Positions 56,022 through 64,000 of a stretch of 64,000 bases of DNA are shown piece after piece (position 1 is the stretch's first letter; every line of letters starts with the position of its first letter). Made by a program: the position numbers and the translations under genes. This DNA is from Octopus vulgaris (taxonomy: Eukaryota). Location: assembly GCA_951406725.2 (NCBI GenBank), contig OX597821.1, positions 35,278,001 through 35,342,000 of the forward strand, read 5' to 3'. The notes beneath the pieces were generated by a model that saw only the letters and a list, made by a program, of their open reading frames with translations, was not told the DNA's origin and ran no database searches.

Positions 56022-56225
56022 TTGGCACAAGGCTAGTAAATTTTACAGAGGAGTGGGTAAATCGATTACACTGACCCCAGTGATCAAATGGTACTTATTT
56101 TATCGACTCCAACACGATGTAAGAGAGACTCGACCTCGGCGGACTTTGAACTCTGAACGTAAAGACGAATGAAATACGGCTTAGCATTTTCGAAGCGGTA
56201 ACAATTTTGCCATCTCGCCGCCTTA
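56022..56225 (-). mobile_element. SINE family D (diverged)
   Basis: Core and head matches; 16-bp TSD ACTAT(T/C)GTTTAATATT at 56006-56021 and 56226-56241. Confidence 0.85.
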
Positions 56226-57057
56226 ACTATCGTTTAATATTGGCAAAGAAATACAAGATATTTAGTCTGGATACAATTGCGATCAGATACAAAGAGTTAA
56301 CTCATTAGGTGGAAACACAATAAATGAAATATCAACGTAACATGAATAAAAATAGAAAAGAAAATACGACATAAAATTTATTGCATTTGATATTCATCTG
56401 AAGAACACGGAAGGAACTCACTAAACTTCCTTTCGAACCCATGTGGAATTGATAACGCACATAGGCTAGTAATTAGAAGCTAATCCATTAAAATTCTCGT
56501 TTGATGTAACAATTTATGCTTGATTTCTCCCTCATACAGGATGCTTATACCTAAAAATAAAATGAGATTTTGATAAGCATTCTTATTCATTTTTGATAGA
56601 AAACAACGGTGGCAAATGTTGGCAAAGGTAGTGGAGATAGTAGACTGTATGCATTCCAGCGGTTGGTTCGTGCCTGTTGAGGTCTGCACTCAAGTAACAC
56701 TAGACCGCTTTAAGTCTATTCGGTTGATTAGATTTTCTAATGTTATCCACAAATCATTTGGTTTCTCAGGAATACGACTTGGTTTCTTAGGAATACGACT
56801 AACGCCAGCACTTTACAAATGAGGCATATATGTGTTCTTAGAATGACGATATTTTGTTTCGTGATACATTTTAGAAAAGGCTACAATCGATTCCCTATTC
56901 GAAACCTTTTTTTCAGTAGTATGCCATTAAATGTTTAACTAAGAATTTTAACCAAAAATGGTGCGTTGATATAATAAAGATACGTGTGCATCACACACAC
57001 GCACGCACACACACACATACACACACACACACAGCCCTGAGTACATACATATTTACA

Positions 57058-57093
<36 letters not shown>

Positions 57094-57149
57094 CCAAATC
57101 CCTAGTCGTCACTTCCATGCAAATATAACTTAGTAGTATGTACCACACT

Positions 57150-57395
57150 TTCGGTAATCGTTTTAGGTGCCTATGTAGTTGGGTGCAGATAAAGGCATCC
57201 TCTTAAAACTTAAAAGCAAAAAGATTCAGGATATAACAGTTGGCGGAAGGGATAAATGCACCAACGCTCAGCTGTTACAGGGTCCTGACTGGAAGAACGG
57301 GAGATGAAGTGCCTTTCCCAAGGATAGAGCTCACCGATCGTTCCTGATGAAATCCGTGACCTTACAGTCAGTATTCCAGCACCTTTGGTCACCAA
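57150..57395 (-). mobile_element. Old CORE-like SINE remnant
   Basis: Minus strand contains TATCCTTGGGAAAGGCACTTCATCTC after a degenerate tRNA-like head. Confidence 0.5.
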
Positions 57396-57659
57396 CCCTC
57401 ACACACATATATCTATACACCTGCGCAAAATAAGTACAGTTATGTGTATTGTTATTGTGTGTGTGTGTATAAGGTTGAGAAATCTAAAATGGAAATCTAA
57501 AATGGAAATCTAAAAGACAAATATTTCTGTAAAAGAAAAGGAAAAAAAAAAAACACTCAACTTTTCAAGTTAATTTTCTTGCACTATGCACATGTCACCT
57601 TTAGTGTAAACCAGCAAGATTACCGGAAATGCCTGGAAAATGAAGCATTAAGTTGTTGG

Positions 57660-57721
<62 letters not shown>

Positions 57722-57806
57722 GGTGGTGGTGGTGGCGGTGGTGGTGGTGGTGGTGGTGGTGATGGTGGTGGTGGTGATGGTGGTGGTGGCAGTAGTAGTA
57801 GTAGTA
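57660..57806. repeat. (GTA)n(GTG)n compound microsatellite
   Basis: Direct reading. Confidence 0.95.
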
Positions 57807-57833
57807 ATCATAATGTTGGATAGGAGAAATTTT

Positions 57834-58271
57834 GGATCTTTTCGGTTTGAAAGGCAGTTTTTCTAGCGGTGTCATATGAAATTGTCACCCATAATTATGA
57901 CCCTAGTATCGATCTATTGCATTTCAATCTGTTTTAGGGTTAGGGTTAGTTAGGCTTAGGGTTAGGGCTAGGAGTGGGGGGAAGGGTATCTTTTTTTCTT
58001 CAAAAATGTAAATAAACCCAATATGTTAAACGAGGGACATATTCATACGGCACACAATGTTTTTACCTCAATGGACGTCAGTGATTGGTTGAAATTGGAG
58101 AAATTGAAGAAAACAAAAACGAAAAACCAATATCTTACAAACTATAGAATTTTCTCAATAAAGCCAAGAGAAAAAGATGCTTTATAAACACATTCTATCA
58201 GTATACGAAGTTTAAAACTTTTAGTTACTTAAAAATTATGGTAAAAACTGCCGTTCAAACCGAAAAGATCC
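57834..58271. mobile_element. MITE (Merlin-like), copy 6
   Basis: TIRs; perfect 8-bp TSD GAAATTTT. Confidence 0.93.
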
Positions 58272-59032
58272 GAAATTTTCATTTACTCTTAAAGTTTTAC
58301 CTACCTTAACTTTACTTGCTTGACAACTTACGAAAAAGGTATTACAGAAAAACATTACAAACGTGGCAATCCAATCAATATATCGCTAATACTCACACCT
58401 AATTGAATAAAAAGAAATATCTTCTGAAAGCCACAAATAAAAATTTCTCAGTGGAATTACTATGTAATATATTTCGAATAAAGTAATGAATTATTTTTAC
58501 GAGAATATTGAGAGAAACTATGTTCAGAACATTGTAAACAAGTAATTGATGGATGGTTTCTTGGAAAATAATCATTTTTCACATTGACCACAGTCTAGCA
58601 AAGTGAAAAGACCAGAACGTAATTAATTAACTCAACTATTATCTCCATCAGTAATATAACTGGTGAATACGAATTTTACCACTATGTATAATATACACGA
58701 AGAAATACTTTGTAAACTATTTGCTTATACTTAAGAATAGTGATTTCAAATTCGTTTCGGAAGTAGTCCGAGCATGCAGACTTGATAAGCCGCAACTAAG
58801 GCGAAACACCACTCTAATGATCACTTCTGGGTCGATATAGATTCGCCTCACTCTGATGTATATGGTACTCTTTAACGGTGTATGACTTTAAATGGTATTT
58901 TTCCCTGACGAAGAAACCGCAGCTAGTGGAGTTTAAACAAGACACATGAAGTATATGGCATTGAAAATACTTGCATTATAGGTCTACTGGTATTGAATAA
59001 TTTGAATGCATACACACAAAGAAACACATATG

Positions 59033-59077
<45 letters not shown>

Positions 59078-59080
<3 letters not shown>

Positions 59081-59313
59081 GCATAGATTGGCATATTTCG
59101 GTCATATTATGAGGAGAAAATCCCTGGAGAAGGACATCATGCTCGGAATGGTCTGTGGCAAGAGAGGAAGAGGCCGACCAAGAACCCGCTGGCTTGACAC
59201 CATCAAGAGTGATACCGGAATGGACATAGCCAATCTGAAAGAAGCGGCCCAGGATAGAACTGACTGGAGGACACTGATCCAACGAGTAACCGAGAGTCGA
59301 CTTCGACTGAGCG

Positions 59314-59355
<42 letters not shown>
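59078..59355 (+). mobile_element. RTE (BovB-like) LINE 3' end with (GATA)n tail
   Basis: RLAYFGHIMRR..LEKDIMLG...GKRGRGRPRTRWLD...AQDR..WR, directly followed by (GATA)n. Confidence 0.9.
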
Positions 59356-59357
<2 letters not shown>

Positions 59358-59431
59358 TATAGATAAAAGAAATAGTAGCGCAACATGGCACCACTTTTTC
59401 CTGGAAGTAGCAGTCAATAACTGTTCGAGGT

Positions 59432-59665
59432 TAGGTAAAGCATAACTCAATGTATAAAGGCAAAGATGTATGCGGGCGCCAGAGAAATGGACAACCTATT
59501 ACTCGAGTTTCGAAATTTTCAGAATACGTTCCTTTTCGTAAAACTGATTGGTTTTAGGATAACAAACGTATTACGAAAAGGTTGAAACGCCAGTACTAGT
59601 TAGTCCATTTCTCTGGCGTTCCTCCTAGACATCTTTGCTTCTATAATTCAGTGTAGCTTTACCTA
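59432..59665. repeat. Imperfect ~230-bp fold-back palindrome
   Basis: Paired blocks TAGGTAAAGC/GCTTTACCTA, GCAAAGATGT/ACATCTTTGC, CGCCAGAGAAATGGAC/GTCCATTTCTCTGGCG and AATACGTT/AACGTATT. Confidence 0.85.
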
Positions 59666-59807
59666 GCGTCTAACGGTTGTCTGCAGAGACACACATGTAC
59701 ATGTATTCATGCATATATATATATATGTGCTTAAAAGTGCATATTCATATCCAGGTGTGCATGCGAGCATATATAGCAATAGATACTTATGTGAAAATTG
59801 TTATTTC

Positions 59808-60240
59808 GGATCTTTTCGGTTTGAACGGCAGTTTTTAACATAATTTCTAGGTAACTGAAAATTTTAAAACTTCGTATACTGGTAGAATGTGTTTATAAAA
59901 CATCTTTTTGTCTTGGCTTTATTGAGAAAATTCTATAGTTTGTAAGATATTTGTTGTTTTTTTTTCTTCAATTTCTGCAATTTCAACCAACCACAGACGT
60001 CCATTGACGTAAACAACATTCTGTGCCGTATGAATATGTCCCTCGTTTAAGAAACAGATTGGGTTTATTTACATTTTTGAAGAAAAAAAGATACCCTTGC
60101 CCCCACCCCTAACCCTAAGCCTAACTAACCCTAACCCTAAAACAGGTTGAAATGCAATAGATCGATACTAGGGTCATAATTATGGGTGACAATTTCATAT
60201 GACACCACTAGTAAAACTGCCGATCAAACCGAAATGATCC
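59808..60240. mobile_element. MITE (Merlin-like), copy 7
   Basis: TIRs; perfect 8-bp TSD GTTATTTC. Confidence 0.93.
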
Positions 60241-61108
60241 GTTATTTCTATTAAAGAATAGAAGGCTAAGTGTATCAGTCTGAATGTATATGCATGTGTT
60301 TGGTGCATTTGTCCTCTTACGTTCAGTATAAGAACTGTTTATGCGCGCGCGTAACGTGTTCTTTTGTATGCGATACTGTAATTCTTTCCAGTCATTCGAT
60401 ATTTTCATAGTCATTTGCATCTGATTGTGAATGGACAGACGTTTTTTATTTTTTCCCAGCGTTGATATAAGGTAAAATGTACCCCTGATTTGAGTGTTCC
60501 AGGAACAAATAAATAAATAAATAAATAAGCAACAATATAGCTCTGAGCGAGGTATAACAATAAATAAATAAATAAATGAATAAATAGATAAACGAAATGG
60601 ATCTTTAGGCAAAAGAATTTGTTTTAAAGAGCAGTTTAATCGAAATATTTTCTCGGCAAAACAAACAGTTTCCTCTAAAATTATGGAACGCACAAATAGG
60701 CAAACAGATTTGGAATTATATATTTATAAAGTGGAAGTGAATGAAATGTTAAAGTGCATATTAATCACATTAACTATACATTAGATTGAGCTAATGATAT
60801 ACTATCTAAACTACGTTACAATGTGCCTAAAATTAGTTCACTACTAATTCAAATTAGCTTCTATTCACATCAAATTTATCTTATTCTCATACGTTTTATT
60901 CAGTTAAATAAAATTTAAAGTATATCCTGTCGTTCTTTTCAATTCTGGATTTAAGTTTTATTTCCTAATATACGGGGGTATTTTTTAACTTGCTTTTAAC
61001 TTTAAAACTCTTCTTTTCACTCTAGAGACACGTTTAGTTGCACAGTTTAAATGTACACATTAATACACAATTCATGTCTGTTTCTGTGGTTGCCAGCCTG
61101 CCTGTCTG

Positions 61109-61194
<86 letters not shown>

Positions 61195-61285
61195 TGTTAC
61201 TCCAAACATGAACAAAGAGAAAACACAACAACGTGAGGACGTGGAACAAGTATAGTGTTATTGGACGCTCAGGAAAAGAAAGAAA

Positions 61286-61332
<47 letters not shown>

Positions 61333-61361
61333 TATATATATTTATATATGTATATACATGC

Positions 61362-61397
<36 letters not shown>

Positions 61398-61956
61398 ATG
61401 TGTATGTATATCTACCAATCTATTTCAATTGTACACACACACACATACATGCACTCATAGCCAATATGACTATTATTTTTCCCTTTTATAAAGAAAAAAT
61501 TTCCTCGCCTTATATATATTCTACCGCATTAGGTAGATGTATTGTTGCAATGCCTTATTTCTGGATTCCGCCCCTCAACGATTGATAGTTTCCTCCAATA
61601 TTTCTAAACGCAATTGTTCTGCCATTTCACATTCTGCTAACACGAATTTTCAATATAATTGTGCTAACTAGTCTTTATGCCCTTAGGTCAAACCATTGTA
61701 CAAACGACATTATTTACCATCTAAATTAATCACAATGAAATTTAAAATTAATTGTAGTGTCGCTGTGATTGTCTGGAGATAAAACCAGGCCATATTTTCT
61801 TTCAGGTTCAATACCAGAAGAAAAAAAAAAAGAATAAACTTATAAAATCAAAACAACAAAAAACTGCCTGACATGTTTGATGCTCTCTAGATCCAAGCTT
61901 GCTCATGTGACACAAAGTCATGTGGACAATATTGGGCAGAAATATTCTATTTCTTC

Positions 61957-62541
61957 GAAATGCTTAGCCTTTCATCCTCCTGCCTTTCATCGTTTTGGGG
62001 GTCGATGACAATAACTGCCAACTGCGCCCTAGGGTCGAGTAATCCTAACTCTGCCCGCACGTTTGCCATAGTAGGATGGCAGTAGTACCCACTCAGTCGA
62101 TCTCAAAGGCACAGTGGAGTGCTTTATCGCTTCTTGTTCACTCCCGAAGCGAACCTCCACTGTGCCATATTTATTGCCTCTGGTGTAAAATGTAGTGAGG
62201 CTTTTGATTCCTTTTAAACATTCTTCCACAGCCTCTGCTGCAGCTATTTCAAGTCTTTTGGTAGCTATAGACAGCGTTCTGTATACAATTGTCCTTTTCT
62301 CTGTTTTTTTCCATAACATCCTTGGGCGGCATATCAGCCTCAGGCTGTCTCCTTCTTTTCTGATTAGTTCATTGAACTTCTTTAAATTCGTTTCATCCAG
62401 TTGAATCTCTCTTACTTACAAAACATCCACCGTCAAACTTTTTCTTGTTACTGCAGCGTAACTGTTGGCTGCAACTGGTTGATTCGACTGGCCCCCTCAC
62501 CCAAAATTTCGGGCCTTGTGCCTAGAGTAGAAAAGATTATT
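61957..62541 (+). mobile_element. SINE family D split by an inserted LINE fragment
   Basis: GCCTTTCATC...GGGGTCGAT on the left (to ~62008); CGACTGGCCCCCTCACCCAAAATTTCGGGCCTTGTGCCTAGAGTAG on the right (from ~62484). Confidence 0.75.
62030..62460 (-). mobile_element. Probable Tx1/L1-like LINE ORF1 N-terminal fragment
   Basis: A 96-aa complex ORF with a GTVEVRF...LPSYYGKRAGRVRI pattern reminiscent of the Tx1-type ORF1 RRM region; located inside a SINE. Confidence 0.45.
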
Positions 62542-63556
62542 CTATATTTGTATTTCGTTATAATTCTCTTCTTGCTTCAGAAAATTATCTCATTGCTTAA
62601 GATATTCTGCTAAGATAAATGTAGTGAAATTTGAAGTCAAAACCTTAGCCAGCACGAAAAACCGTAAAAAAAAAGAAACCCAAGCAAAAAGTTTACAAAA
62701 TTAGTTGGAGGAAAATTGTGAAATGGTTACAAACTATCTGAACTAAATTTAAACATGGATACTAGAAATAGGTGAGGAAATGTTTCTTTTAGATTAAAGT
62801 TTGAGATAATGATTGTATAAAAGAGGGTGAACAGTAGGAAAGCAGACTGAAAAAGCAAACTGAGGGAAGCAGAAGAGATTTGAATTGGGTCTGGAGATTA
62901 GTTAAATGTAACGGATTCGACAGAATGGAAATTATGATAAACATATACATACATAAATGTCGCACTTTCTCGCATACACACACATATATTTATAGATGTA
63001 TCTCTGTGTTTGAGTGTGTGTGTGAGTGCATTCGTGGATAAAAAGTGAGGGTGGGAGAAAGAGAGAGAGAGAGATGAGATTGGAAGACAAACAACTGACT
63101 GAATTTTATCTGCAATAATAATAAATCAGGAAATATAAGAAATATTCCAAGAGAATATAGTTGAGTGGTTTAATAATGTTTATTTAATCTCATAAGTTTA
63201 TCATTTCACTCTATTTTCCAATGCCGAGGCCGACCACCTTGTGTGTTAATCCACAGCACATAGACTACTTAACCTGACACCATAACTTCATTTCCAAGGA
63301 AATGAAGCTCAAAGCTGGGAAGTAGGATGTTTACCAAATAAGGACTATAACTAAGGACAATAGGCGGATGCTGGTTGTTCAGAGTTTAAAATTTTCATTT
63401 CTAAACCTAGTCCTTCAGGGTTCGATCTCACTGTGTAGTATGTTTTACCGCAGAACAATCCATATATTATCAATTTGGTAGAGGAGACTATGTGGAAATC
63501 ACTCATATATCCACACATGTAAAATATATGCTACGTGAGTGTATGAGCTTCCGTTC

Positions 63557-63682
<126 letters not shown>

Positions 63683-63860
63683 TACGTATATTTCGTATAT
63701 TTTCAATTGTCTTGCTTATTTTTTACTCTTTGGTTTTGTGCTGAGTTTTTTCTTGAGAACACATTCTTCGTGGAGAATAGCGATTTTGACGTCTATATCT
63801 AGCATATTGACCGTCCACTTTTAGTGGTCAGGCCTTTAAATTTTGTATATATATATATAT

Positions 63861-64000
63861 TCTCTTTTACTCTTTTACTTGTTTCAGTCATTTGACTGCG
63901 GCCATGCTGGAGCACCGCCTTTACTCGAGCAAATCGACCCCAGGACTTATTCTTTGTAAGCCCAGTACTTATTCTATCGCTCTCTTTTGCCGAACCGCTA
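63861..64000 (-). mobile_element. SINE family C 3' end (runs off the window)
   Basis: Nearly identical to 29217-29356. Confidence 0.9.

Noticed and set aside
56758-56800. 21-bp tandem duplication (and a 13-bp triplet at 57480-57514) as CRISPR-like repeats
   Set aside because: No spacers, only two to three units, and a eukaryotic context; simple slippage.
58781-58812. TTGATAA-GCC..GGC-GAAAC hammerhead-like motif (and CTGACGA near 58905)
   Set aside because: Stem II is present, but stem III, the cleavage triplet and stem I cannot be formed.

Overview
AT-rich, repeat-saturated animal genomic DNA (intergenic or a large intron). The SINE families, LINE types and very high microsatellite density look like a cephalopod (Octopus-type) genome; this is inference from recognising the repeat landscape. 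I find no supportable host protein-coding exon, tRNA or rRNA gene, and most ORF-track entries are translated microsatellites. Retroelements: about 30 copies or fragments of four tRNA-derived SINE families, R4/Dong, RTE, CR1 and Tx1/L1 LINE remnants, and a Penelope-like GIY-YIG fragment. DNA elements: seven copies of a ~410-465 bp MITE (29-bp TIRs, 8-bp TSDs, internal TTAGGG repeats), a full-length 1.28-kb mariner, mariner/maT/Tc2 derivatives and Helitron-like elements. There is one 100-N gap. The most notable observations are (1) ~200-bp fold-back palindromes carrying minimal type I hammerhead ribozyme motifs on both arms, (2) a SINE flanked by a 106-bp direct repeat, (3) a SINE tail shared with a Tx1-like LINE 3' end, (4) head/tail swapping among SINE families, and (5) the telomere-repeat-bearing Merlin-like MITE. 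Coordinates were read by eye; boundaries of decayed elements are approximate.
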